In this document: in pieces, positions 21,948 to 29,760 of the stretch
How the letters are laid out: the number at the start of each line of letters is the position of its first letter
Numbering within the stretch: position 1 is the first letter of the stretch
Sequence record: DRR378314_2167
Direction: 5' to 3' (one strand)
Length of the DNA: 42,347 nucleotides
Position numbers and translations under genes: made by a program
The notes under the pieces: model-generated
The model's input: only the letters and a program-made list of their open reading frames with translations
What the model was told of the DNA's origin: nothing
Databases searched by the model: none

Positions 21948-22948
21948 GCGATCAGCGGCCTTTGCTGGTGGTGGAAAACCTGCAGGTCACCTTCGACATC
22001 ATGCCCCGCAACGCCTGGCCCTGGACCCGGCCGCAGCCACTGAGGGCGGTGCACAACGTCAGCTTCACCCTCAACGAGGGCGAAACCCTCGGCATCGTGG
22101 GGGAGTCCGGCTGCGGCAAGTCCACCCTGGCTCGGGCCATCATGGGGATGGTGCCCAGCCAGGCGGGAAAGGTCGTGTGGCTGGGCGAAGACCTGCGAGG
22201 CCTAAACCTGAAACAACTGCGCAAACGCCGCCAGCGCCTGCAGATGGTGTTCCAGGACCCGCTTGCCTCCCTGTCGCCCCGCATGACCGTCGGCGACATC
22301 ATCGCCGAACCCCTGCGTACCCATTACCCGGATATCAAGGGCGATGAACTGCGCGAGAAAGTGGACGCCATCATGGACCGCGTCGGCCTGCACCCGCACC
22401 AGAAAAACCGCTACCCCCACGAATTCTCCGGTGGCCAGTGCCAGCGGGTGGGCATCGCCCGGGCGTTGATCCTGGAACCGAAGCTGATCATCTGCGACGA
22501 GCCCGTGTCCGCCCTGGATGTGTCGGTGCAGGCCCAGGTGATCAACCTGCTCAAAAGCCTGCAGTGGGACATGGGGCTGTCACTGATCTTCATCGCCCAC
22601 GACCTGAGCGTGGTCAAGCACATCAGTGACCGGGTGATGGTGCTGTACCTCGGCAATGTCGCCGAAAACGCCACCCGCGCCGAGCTATTCGCCAACCCCC
22701 AACACCCCTACACCCAGGCCCTGATGGCCGCCGTGCCCATTCCCGACCCGGAATGTGAACGGGCCAAACCTCCGGTGGAACTGGAAGGCGACCTGCCATC
22801 CCCCATGAATCCCCCGAGTGGCTGCGTGTTCCGCACACGATGCCCGCTGGCCACCGAATATTGTGGCAAGGAGATTCCAGTGCTGGAGGACAAGACCGGG
22901 GCAGGGCACTGGGTGGCCTGCCATTACGTGGAGCGACGGGAGAAATAA
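21944..22948 (+). CDS. oppF: Oligopeptide ABC ATPase
   Basis: GESGCGKS, SGGQCQR, DEPVSALDVS, PPSGCVFRTRC. Confidence 0.92.
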   Translation: MSDQRPLLVVENLQVTFDIMPRNAWPWTRPQPLRAVHNVSFTLNEGETLGIVGESGCGKSTLARAIMGMVPSQAGKVVWLGEDLRGLNLKQLRKRRQRLQMVFQDPLASLSPRMTVGDIIAEPLRTHYPDIKGDELREKVDAIMDRVGLHPHQKNRYPHEFSGGQCQRVGIARALILEPKLIICDEPVSALDVSVQAQVINLLKSLQWDMGLSLIFIAHDLSVVKHISDRVMVLYLGNVAENATRAELFANPQHPYTQALMAAVPIPDPECERAKPPVELEGDLPSPMNPPSGCVFRTRCPLATEYCGKEIPVLEDKTGAGHWVACHYVERREK

Positions 22949-22962
22949 TAATCCGGGGAAGA

Positions 22963-22989
22963 TGTCGAAATCCGATGTGCTGATCCGAC
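22963..22989 (+). promoter_or_regulatory. Candidate ECF42-type promoter
   Basis: TGTCGA-N17-CGAC upstream of the VOC gene. Confidence 0.4.
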
Positions 22990-23038
22990 CAGGGAGAGAC
23001 AGGTCATCAACCTGCTTCCACGTTCAATCATCCGGAGA

Positions 23039-23461
23039 ATGCGAACCATGACAGCACCAACGACACCCATGATCTTTGTGAACCTGCCTGTAACAGACCT
23101 CAAGGCCTCAATGGCCTTCTACGACGCACTGGGCTTCAGGAACAATCCCCAGTTTACCGACGACACCGCCGCCTGCATGGTCTGGAGCGAAGCCATCCAC
23201 GTTATGTTGCTCACCCACGACAAGTGGCGCACGTTCACGGATCGCCCCATCCCGCCGTCAACGTCCAGTGAGGTCATGCTGGCCATTTCCTGCAACAACC
23301 GTGAAGCCGTCGATGCGATGAACCAGGCAGCCGCTAACAACGGTGGCACCGCGGATATCAATCCCATTCAGGACCTGGGTTTCATGTACAACAGAAACCT
23401 GGCCGATCCTGACGGGCATGTTTGGGAAGCCATGTGGATGGATATGGCGGCGATTTCCTAG
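23039..23461 (+). CDS. VOC/glyoxalase-family protein (start may be 23048)
   Basis: MIFVNLPVTDL..S..FY.ALGF, DLGFMY, DPDGHVWE. Confidence 0.9.
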   Translation: MRTMTAPTTPMIFVNLPVTDLKASMAFYDALGFRNNPQFTDDTAACMVWSEAIHVMLLTHDKWRTFTDRPIPPSTSSEVMLAISCNNREAVDAMNQAAANNGGTADINPIQDLGFMYNRNLADPDGHVWEAMWMDMAAIS

Positions 23462-23513
23462 CAGGCTAGCGCCGGATACGGCGCATATTCTATGGTTCTG
23501 GCCCCCGAAAACG

Positions 23514-23545
23514 AAAAAAGCCCAACTCTGAGGAGTTGGGCTTTT
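23514..23545. terminator. Intrinsic terminator, probably the original tRNA-Met terminator (bidirectional)
   Basis: aaaagcccaactc-tgag-gagttgggctttt, directly 3' (minus strand) of the displaced tRNA half. Confidence 0.85.
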
Positions 23546-23553
23546 CTGAATGT

Positions 23554-23598
23554 TGGTAGCAAGGGGCGGAGTTGAACCGCCGACCCCGGCATTATGAG
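23554..23598 (-). repeat. att site: displaced 3' half of tRNA-Met
   Basis: Matches 27058-27102 at 44 of 45 positions, from the anticodon loop to CCA. Confidence 0.93.
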
Positions 23599-23744
23599 AC
23601 CTGTGTGAGGCGAACAATCGAAGGCACCGTAATCTTTAAAATTCAGTTGCTTAAGAGCTATCGAGGTGCGATGGCGTACGAAAAGTAAATTGGGATGGCC
23701 AAGGCGCATAAAGTTATTAACGGTGCGTCTGCACCATTACATTA

Positions 23745-23772
23745 TTGACATCTTGGATCCCTCTTCTAGTAT
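23745..23772 (+). promoter_or_regulatory. Sigma70 promoter of the retron operon
   Basis: TTGACA-N16-TAGTAT immediately before the structured leader. Confidence 0.6.
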
Positions 23773-23774
23773 TG

Positions 23775-24030
23775 TTGCGTAAGCTCGCGCGTTCCGCGTG
23801 AATGCTGCAGTTAGACGCAAAATTGCTAAAGCTATGCTTCATCTTGATGAAGCGCTTTGAGAAAAGCACTTCCGGCAGGGGACCCAGTCGCCCCTCCTGC
23901 TACGCAGTAGATGCCGGTGATTGCACATGGCCCGAAACGCAGAGGCTGGTTCTTTAGCAGGTCTAATGAATGCAACTCTGCGTTTTCTCTCCTTAGGTAT
24001 GGAGCGGCCTAGTGCAATATCAATACAAGG
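23775..24030 (+). ncRNA. Putative retron msr-msd ncRNA (boundaries approximate)
   Basis: Dense stem-loops directly upstream of the RT: 23785-23801, 23836-23853, 23854-23867, 23872-23917, long hairpin 23935-23985 inside an outer stem 23918-23932/24006-24022. Confidence 0.72.
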
Positions 24031-24037
24031 ATGTGCA

Positions 24038-25240
24038 GTGATTGACGCAAGGTTCCCCGATTACCCTGAGAAAACCTCTGAAGAGTCAATATCTTCTCTT
24101 CAGTCTCTTTCCGATGTGCTTACTATTCCTTTGGCCGACCTGGAATCTGCTCGTCAACTTTCTCCAGTTCAACGCTACCGATCAAAGGAAATTCCCAAAA
24201 GCGGTGGCTCAGCCAGGTTAGTCTACAATCCCTGCTATCTGATTAGGCTAATTCAATCCCGAATCAATACTCGCATATTTTTGAACCTTGTTCGTTGGCC
24301 AGGCTATCTTTTTGGATCTTTGAAAAATTCAAACATCGATGGCGAAGAGTTTGGTAGGGATTATATTGCTTGTGCGTCTAAACACTGTTTGGCAAAAAGC
24401 CTTTTGAAGATAGATATTTCAAACTTTTTCGATAACATCCATAGAGATCATGTTTATTCAGTGTTTAGAGATTTGCTCAAGATGACCGAGCCAGTATCAG
24501 AATATCTGACCGATATTTGTTGCTATAAAGATTTTCTCGTTCAGGGTGCATTAACATCTAGTTACTTGGCTACCTTGTGCTTTTGGAACTCTGAGGGAGA
24601 TGTCGTCAAAAGATTGTCAAGAAAGGGGTTAACTTATACCCGTTTAGTTGATGATATAACTGTATCCTCAAGAAAGCATGATTTTAATTTCGATTATGCT
24701 GAACATCATATAAAAATGATGCTTATTGATCTTGACTTACCTGTTAACGACAGCAAGACGATGATTCTTCGTGATGGTATTGAGCCACTGCATGTTCACG
24801 GCTTGAGAGTAAATTACTCCACTCCTCGCTTGCCATCGGACGAGGTTCGTAGGATTCGAGCAGCTGTTCATAATGTGATTAAAATGTCCAAGGTTAACAA
24901 CTATCGAACCTCACAATCTTATCGATTAATGCACGATAGGTGTATGGGTCGAGTAAATAAGCTTGCTCGTGTTGGTCATAATAAACATAAAAAATTCGTA
25001 AAGCAGTTAAAAGATGTTATTCCTCTCCCATCTAGAAGGGATGTGAATGAAGTAGAAAAGTCAATTACTACTCTCGAAGGTATAAGTGGCGATAAGCTTA
25101 ATAGCAAGAAGAACACTCGAAAATTTTATTTGGCAAAGTATAGAGTTTCTATTGTTCGAAGGGTTTATAAGAATGAAGCCTTAAGTTTCGAAGCTCGGCT
25201 TTCTAAATTGGTTCCATTTATTGGGAGTTTAAAGTATTGA
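24038..25240 (+). CDS. Retron reverse transcriptase, Ec48-like (type IV)
   Basis: IPK.GG..R, DISNFFDNI, VQGALTSS, YTRLVDDITVSS, region Y VHGLRV; the LVDD/VHG variants match my recollection of Ec48 RT; likely GTG start at 24038 after AAGGA (400 aa). Confidence 0.9.
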   Translation: MIDARFPDYPEKTSEESISSLQSLSDVLTIPLADLESARQLSPVQRYRSKEIPKSGGSARLVYNPCYLIRLIQSRINTRIFLNLVRWPGYLFGSLKNSNIDGEEFGRDYIACASKHCLAKSLLKIDISNFFDNIHRDHVYSVFRDLLKMTEPVSEYLTDICCYKDFLVQGALTSSYLATLCFWNSEGDVVKRLSRKGLTYTRLVDDITVSSRKHDFNFDYAEHHIKMMLIDLDLPVNDSKTMILRDGIEPLHVHGLRVNYSTPRLPSDEVRRIRAAVHNVIKMSKVNNYRTSQSYRLMHDRCMGRVNKLARVGHNKHKKFVKQLKDVIPLPSRRDVNEVEKSITTLEGISGDKLNSKKNTRKFYLAKYRVSIVRRVYKNEALSFEARLSKLVPFIGSLKY

Positions 25241-25926
25241 AGTTTTTTGTGTGGGTTATTGTTTTTATTTTTATTGCCACTTTATTGGCTGGTGCCGCAT
25301 CCTTTTTTTATACTATTTTTGGCCTGGATGATGGCTATGATGATTTTTGTATCGCTTCTTCATGTATAGTTTCCTTCGAGCGTTTATTCTCTGGAACTCT
25401 CAAAATATTTGAGTTCGGTGCTTCTCTTGCTTATATTTTTGTTTTTACTAGCGGTGTTTATATTGCGCTAAAAAGCTATAGGGTTAGCGTTAAATCATCT
25501 GCGTTATCAGGCCACATTGGCCATCTTGCAATGTTTAAGGAATATATGGAGGGAGAAATCGAAAAGCTCGGATTGTTGAAGATGGAGAGGGTTAATGTCT
25601 ATCACTGGTACAGCTTGGCATTTCCGAAATCTGCTGAAGGGGATATTAACGTTTCTGAAAAATACCGAGATACCGTTTCATCTATTGCCAAAGCTATAGC
25701 TGAAACCAATGATTCGATTTCCTCGCCGAAAGGTGGCTATGGCTACCGAAAGCATCAGGATAGAATGATAGAAGCTTTAGGTCGTTTGGGTATTCAGATT
25801 CCTTATCTTCCAAAGAATGAGTTTATTGAAGTAGAATCTCAAGTTTTTAAGCTTATTGATTCTTTCAATCATACTTTCACTGACATTAGCCTGTTTTTGC
25901 TTGAATGCCAGAGAGATTACGTTTGA
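25237..25926 (+). CDS. Retron Ec48-family two-TM effector membrane protein
   Basis: Two N-terminal TMs with a CxxxxC loop, HLAMFKEY, WYSLAFPKS; TTG start overlaps the RT stop (TTGA). Confidence 0.82.
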   Translation: MKFFVWVIVFIFIATLLAGAASFFYTIFGLDDGYDDFCIASSCIVSFERLFSGTLKIFEFGASLAYIFVFTSGVYIALKSYRVSVKSSALSGHIGHLAMFKEYMEGEIEKLGLLKMERVNVYHWYSLAFPKSAEGDINVSEKYRDTVSSIAKAIAETNDSISSPKGGYGYRKHQDRMIEALGRLGIQIPYLPKNEFIEVESQVFKLIDSFNHTFTDISLFLLECQRDYV

Positions 25927-25992
25927 TATTTTATTTGCCTTACTTTGGGCGTATCTAGGTATTTAGAATTCTGCAGTGTGATTCAAGAGTTT

Positions 25993-26211
25993 TTACATCC
26001 AAGGAATTCTTTGGTTTGGCCCATAAATTGAGTTGTCATCTATGTAGTACTGGGTATAACCTGCACCTCTTTCGTAAATTGCTCCATCGTCTAAGAAAAA
26101 GCCTGTGAATCCTTCCCCTCTTCCATAAATGTATCCATCATCAATCCAGTAACCGGTGTATCCATTTGGGCCATATATGTGGTTATCAGATATATAATGC
26201 CTAGTATACAT
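25993..26211 (-). CDS. Small four-repeat Tyr/Gly/Asp-rich protein (beta-flower-like?)
   Basis: GGGGAG RBS 8 nt before ATG; four 16-17-aa repeats [YWF][IL]xD[GN]xIYxxxxG[YF]T. Confidence 0.75.
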   Translation of the reverse strand: MYTRHYISDNHIYGPNGYTGYWIDDGYIYGRGEGFTGFFLDDGAIYERGAGYTQYYIDDNSIYGPNQRIPWM

Positions 26212-26285
26212 AGAGAAGTCTCCCCAATTGATTGTTGATCATTTGTGAAAGCCCCGTTACTGGATTACCTATGGGGTTCGTTTGG

Positions 26286-26460
26286 CCACTACATGATGAA
26301 CGGGGGAGACATCCTCACGCTTCAGCGCATCCTCGGACATGGGAACATCACCATGACCATGAAGTATGCGCACCTCTCGCCGGATCACTTGCAGTCCGCT
26401 GTGAGGTTATCACCTGTCTCATCTATGGTCAGTGAGGCATCTGAAAAGGCCTCCACGTGA
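26286..26460 (+). pseudogene. 3' remnant of a phage tyrosine integrase
   Basis: HYMMNGGDILTLQRILGH..ITMTMKYAHLSPDHL retains LGH and the catalytic Tyr; the upstream HxxR and Arg motifs are absent. Confidence 0.88.
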
Positions 26461-26479
26461 TTCGGTGCTGGGCGGAATA

Positions 26480-26926
26480 TCAGAGTGCTACTCTAGATAG
26501 AGGCATTGCGATTCCAAGGTAATCCGCAAGCCAGTAGAAAAAGAAGATAATTAACGCGACAGTGAACGTAGTGGTTGCTCGCCAGAAAAGGGCTCTTTTG
26601 GCTTGGTCGTTTTCTATCTTTTTTAGTTGTTCGTGCTCGTCCAGGTAAATTTTGTTCCTTGCTTCGTAAACAGACATCGCGCTCTTTAGCTCGTGATAAG
26701 TGCTGTTTGCGTTACTGTTGAGAACTCCGCTCCTGACTCTAGTTAGTAGCGAGTCTCTATCTCCCTCTGCCATTCGGTATTCTTGGTGCGCAGTGACAAC
26801 AATGTCTTTTATGAGCTTCTCAAAGTCTTCAGAAGTCACCTTTGGTGTCGGGGTGCCGCTCCGAAACTTCTTGTACTTTATGCTTTCGCAGATCTTGGTG
26901 AAAACCGTTTTACTATCTTCAGCCAT
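26480..26926 (-). CDS. Hypothetical protein, helical with a C-terminal TM (148 aa)
   Basis: GAGGTG RBS before ATG 26926; hydrophobic FTVALIIFFFYWLADYLGIAM. Confidence 0.7.
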   Translation of the reverse strand: MAEDSKTVFTKICESIKYKKFRSGTPTPKVTSEDFEKLIKDIVVTAHQEYRMAEGDRDSLLTRVRSGVLNSNANSTYHELKSAMSVYEARNKIYLDEHEQLKKIENDQAKRALFWRATTTFTVALIIFFFYWLADYLGIAMPLSRVAL

Positions 26927-27018
26927 CGATACACCTCGCAAGCTCGCTATTTCCTTGAGGGCATCATAGCGACTATGGATGGGCAGGGCCAGAATGGTCA
27001 AGCGGGGGACAAACCAAC

Positions 27019-27051
27019 AAAAAAGGGCTACAGCGTGAACTGTAACCCTTT
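27019..27051 (-). terminator. Island-supplied terminator for tRNA-Met
   Basis: Minus strand gggttacag-ttcacg-ctgtagccc followed by T6, just after CCA. Confidence 0.8.
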
Positions 27052-27057
27052 GAATTC

Positions 27058-27134
27058 TGGTAGCAAGGGGCGGAGTCGAACCGCCGACCCCGGCATTATG
27101 AGTGCCGTGCTCTAACCAACTGAGCTACCTTGCC
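27058..27134 (-). tRNA. tRNA-Met (CAT), elongator type
   Basis: 77-nt cloverleaf GGCAAGG...CTCATAA...TTCGACT...CCTTGCTACCA; lacks the initiator C1:A72 mismatch and GGG/CCC anticodon stem; Ile2 not fully excluded. Confidence 0.93.
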
Positions 27135-27161
27135 ATTACTTCACTGATGGAAGCGGCGCGT

Positions 27162-27190
27162 ATCTTATTGTCGGGGGTGTGGGCTGTCAA
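27162..27190 (-). promoter_or_regulatory. Sigma70 stable-RNA promoter of tRNA-Met
   Basis: TTGACA-N17-TAAGAT followed by GC-rich discriminator ACGCGCCGC. Confidence 0.85.
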
Positions 27191-27348
27191 GAGCCTGTCC
27201 AGTGCCGCGATTCCTTTTTTGCCTGTCTTTGGTGTTTCTCGCCTGAAAACACTCTTATAAACAATGGCCTAAACGAGTCATCTGTGAAGAGTGGGTTTTC
27301 GATTCTTTCCGTAATTGTTGCCAGTTGTTCATTTGCAGGCCTTGAATC

Positions 27349-27391
27349 GCAAATGTGAATAATGGTTAAATGCAAATGATTGTCATTTATC
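27349..27391. promoter_or_regulatory. Fur box array
   Basis: GCAAATGATTGTCATTTATC (27372-27391) plus a weaker upstream GCAAATGTGAATAAT. Confidence 0.8.
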
Positions 27392-27413
27392 AATTACCCA
27401 GGGACGGCTTGCC

Positions 27414-28007
27414 ATGAGTTCTTTCAGGCACGAATTAGATCAACAGGCTCGCAACCTGTCCAACCTAAGATCCGTAGACGTTACCGGAGTGTCGAATTGT
27501 GAGCGGCGCCTTGCTGCGGCCTACCAGCAGCATCGAAAGCCCCTGGTGGACACCGCTCAATGCCTGCTGGGTTGCAGGGCCCGGGCAGAGGATGTGGTTC
27601 AGGATGCGTTCCTGAAAGTCTGGGATCAGGGCTTTACCGATAACGTCAGGGATGAGGGGCGCTTCCTGCATCGGGTGGTGCGCAACCTTGCCATTGATCG
27701 TCTTCGCCGGCTGGCGCTGGAAAACCGCTTCGCGGCCACCGATGCCGATGTGGAGCAGGAGCCCGGGGTCCTCTCGGCTTCGCCAGAGCGCCAGTTGGCC
27801 GGCTCCCGGGCGCTGCACCATGCGCTGTCCTCACTCGCGGAGCTGCCCGGCCGGGTGCAGAAGGTATTGCTGCTTACCCGGCTGGAGGGCCGCACACAGC
27901 GGGAGGTGGCGCGTTCTCTCGGGGTGTCTCCCACGCTGATCAACTTCATGCTGAAAGACGCCCTGGCGCACTGCCGCGGCAGCCTGGACCAATCCTATCC
28001 TGTTTAA
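27414..28007 (+). CDS. Iron-starvation ECF sigma factor (PvdS/OrbS/FecI-like)
   Basis: AEDVVQDAFL, VRNLAIDRLRR, region 4 QREVARSLGVSPTLINFMLKDA; Fur box upstream. Confidence 0.85.
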   Translation: MSSFRHELDQQARNLSNLRSVDVTGVSNCERRLAAAYQQHRKPLVDTAQCLLGCRARAEDVVQDAFLKVWDQGFTDNVRDEGRFLHRVVRNLAIDRLRRLALENRFAATDADVEQEPGVLSASPERQLAGSRALHHALSSLAELPGRVQKVLLLTRLEGRTQREVARSLGVSPTLINFMLKDALAHCRGSLDQSYPV

Positions 28008-28047
28008 TCCGAGCCTTTATTAATTCGAGAATTGGGGACCGTTGTTC

Positions 28048-29733
28048 ATGAGACTGATCCGTCTGGTATTTAGCCACAACCCGGGTGCGCTGACCGTTGC
28101 TCTTCTGCTGAGCGTTGTGAGTGCCCTCCTGAGTGTCGGGGTGGTGGCGTTTATCAATGAGCGCCTGGTATCCGCAACAGAGGGTGGGGCAGGTCTGCTC
28201 TGGCAGTTTACCGGCCTGTTGGTTGTTCTGCTGGTCATCGCTTCCTACGCCCAGGTGTTGCTGACAGCGCTGGGCCACCGGTTCGTTTATGGGTTGCGGC
28301 GCTCGATGGTCAAGCGGGTTCTGGATACGGGGATTGAGCGCCTGGAGGACATCGGGGGCGCCAATATCCTGGCCAGCCTGTCCAGCGATATCCGCAATAT
28401 CACCCTGGCATTCGTCAACCTGCCGCAACTGGTTTACGGCCTGGGCCTGAGCGTGGCGGCGTTTGCGTACCTGGCGTACCTGTCGCTGCCGCTGTTTGCC
28501 ATGACGCTGCTGTGGATGGTGTTTACCGTTGGCGTGGGGTGGGTGCTGATCCGGGCCCTGAGCCATCACCTGCAGCAACTTCGGGAGTCCGAGGATCGCA
28601 TCTATCAGGACTATGAAGCGGCCATTGAAGGGCGCAAGGAGCTGGCCCTCAACCGAGACCGTGCGCGGCGCTATTACGACGACGAGTTTGACCGCAGCGC
28701 CGAGACCTACCGCAGCCACGTCACGCTGGCGGACCGCTACCACAGCATCGCCAGCAACTGGGCCAATATCATGGTGCTTGGCACCATTGGCCTGGTGTTT
28801 TATCTGGTCAATGGCCTGGGCTGGGCGGCGGCCTCCGTGGCGCCCACCTATGCCCTGACCATTCTTTTCATGCGCACCCCGCTGGTCTCTGCCGTCGCGG
28901 CATTGCCCGCCATGCTGTCGGCCCGGGTATCGCTCGACAAGCTCGACACCCTGGCGCTGGCGGAGCACCGGCCCGGATTCGAGGACGCGAGCCGTGACCC
29001 CACGGGCGAGTGGCAGGCATTGCAGTTGAGTGCGGTGCGGTATCGCTATCCGGTTCAGCACGGCGAGCCAGGGTTCGATGTGGGGCCGATCGACCTGACA
29101 ATCCGCCGTGGTGAGACCCTTTTCCTAGTGGGTGGTAATGGCAGTGGCAAGTCCACATTGGCCCGCCTGCTGTCTGGTCTCTACCTGCCCCACCAGGGCG
29201 AGATCCGAATCGATGGCGAGCCCTTGCAGCCTGAAGACTGGAGCAGCTATCGCCGCCTGTTTGGTTCCGTGTTCACCGACTTTTTCCTGTTTGACCAGCT
29301 CATTGCCGAGCAGGGCCAGAACGCCGACCCGGCGAACGTGAGTTACTGGCTGGAGCGCCTTCGCATGGCAGACAAGGCGAAGGTGGCCGACAGCCGCCTG
29401 CAGGATACCCGTCTGTCCCAGGGGCAGCGAAAGCGGTTGGCGCTGTTGCTGGCGCTGCTGGAGAAGCGGGACATACTGCTGCTGGATGAATGGGCGGCGG
29501 ACCAGGACCCGGTTTTCCGCCGGCTGTTCTACCGGGACTTGTTACCGCAATTGAAAGCGCAGGGCAAAACCATCTTCGCCATTACCCACGATGACCGTTA
29601 TTTCCACCACGCGGACCGCCTGTTGAAGATGGACAGTGGCCAGTTGGTCGAGTTGTCGGCGGAAGACCGCCAGGCGTCTCGTCATGACGCCCTTCAGATG
29701 ATCGGAGAGGGCGCTTTTTCCGATCAGGCCTAA
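28048..29733 (+). CDS. Cyclic peptide/siderophore export ABC transporter (PvdE/SyrD/YojI family)
   Basis: TMD plus NBD; GGNGSGKST, LSQGQRKRLAL, family motif DEWAADQDP. Confidence 0.92.
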   Translation: MRLIRLVFSHNPGALTVALLLSVVSALLSVGVVAFINERLVSATEGGAGLLWQFTGLLVVLLVIASYAQVLLTALGHRFVYGLRRSMVKRVLDTGIERLEDIGGANILASLSSDIRNITLAFVNLPQLVYGLGLSVAAFAYLAYLSLPLFAMTLLWMVFTVGVGWVLIRALSHHLQQLRESEDRIYQDYEAAIEGRKELALNRDRARRYYDDEFDRSAETYRSHVTLADRYHSIASNWANIMVLGTIGLVFYLVNGLGWAAASVAPTYALTILFMRTPLVSAVAALPAMLSARVSLDKLDTLALAEHRPGFEDASRDPTGEWQALQLSAVRYRYPVQHGEPGFDVGPIDLTIRRGETLFLVGGNGSGKSTLARLLSGLYLPHQGEIRIDGEPLQPEDWSSYRRLFGSVFTDFFLFDQLIAEQGQNADPANVSYWLERLRMADKAKVADSRLQDTRLSQGQRKRLALLLALLEKRDILLLDEWAADQDPVFRRLFYRDLLPQLKAQGKTIFAITHDDRYFHHADRLLKMDSGQLVELSAEDRQASRHDALQMIGEGAFSDQA

Positions 29734-29755
29734 ACATCGGGCAGTCTCGCTCGTC
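29731..29755 (+). promoter_or_regulatory. Candidate PvdS/OrbS-type ECF promoter
   Basis: TAAA-N17-CGTC. Confidence 0.55.
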
Positions 29756-29760
29756 TGTAT

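Larger units (their letters stand above)
23554..27102. mobile_element. tRNA-Met-integrated island / decayed prophage remnant carrying a retron
   Basis: Flanking 45-bp direct repeats, abrupt shift to AT-rich sequence, integrase fragment. Confidence 0.88.

Noticed and set aside
23469-23484. REP-like hairpin gcgccg-gata-cggcgc
   Set aside because: Single short copy; no repeat family seen in this window
23554-23598. Second tRNA-Met gene
   Set aside because: Only the 3' 45 nt are present, with no D-arm or 5' acceptor strand; it is an att repeat
23258-23709. Short ORFs spanning the att and tRNA sequences (also 26783-27115 and 27187-27393)
   Set aside because: Translations of tRNA, terminator or Fur-box DNA; no protein features
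23921-24037. 39-aa N-terminal extension of the RT in the ORF track
   Set aside because: Overlaps the strongest hairpins of the ncRNA region; RT-like sequence and an RBS begin at GTG 24038
24038-25240. RT as group II intron, DGR or CRISPR-associated RT
   Set aside because: No maturase/endonuclease domain, TR/VR repeat or cas1/array seen; motifs and TM partner fit a retron
26245-26460. Functional 71-aa integrase or excisionase
   Set aside because: The first ~14 codons are unrelated to integrase and the catalytic Arg and HxxR motifs are missing
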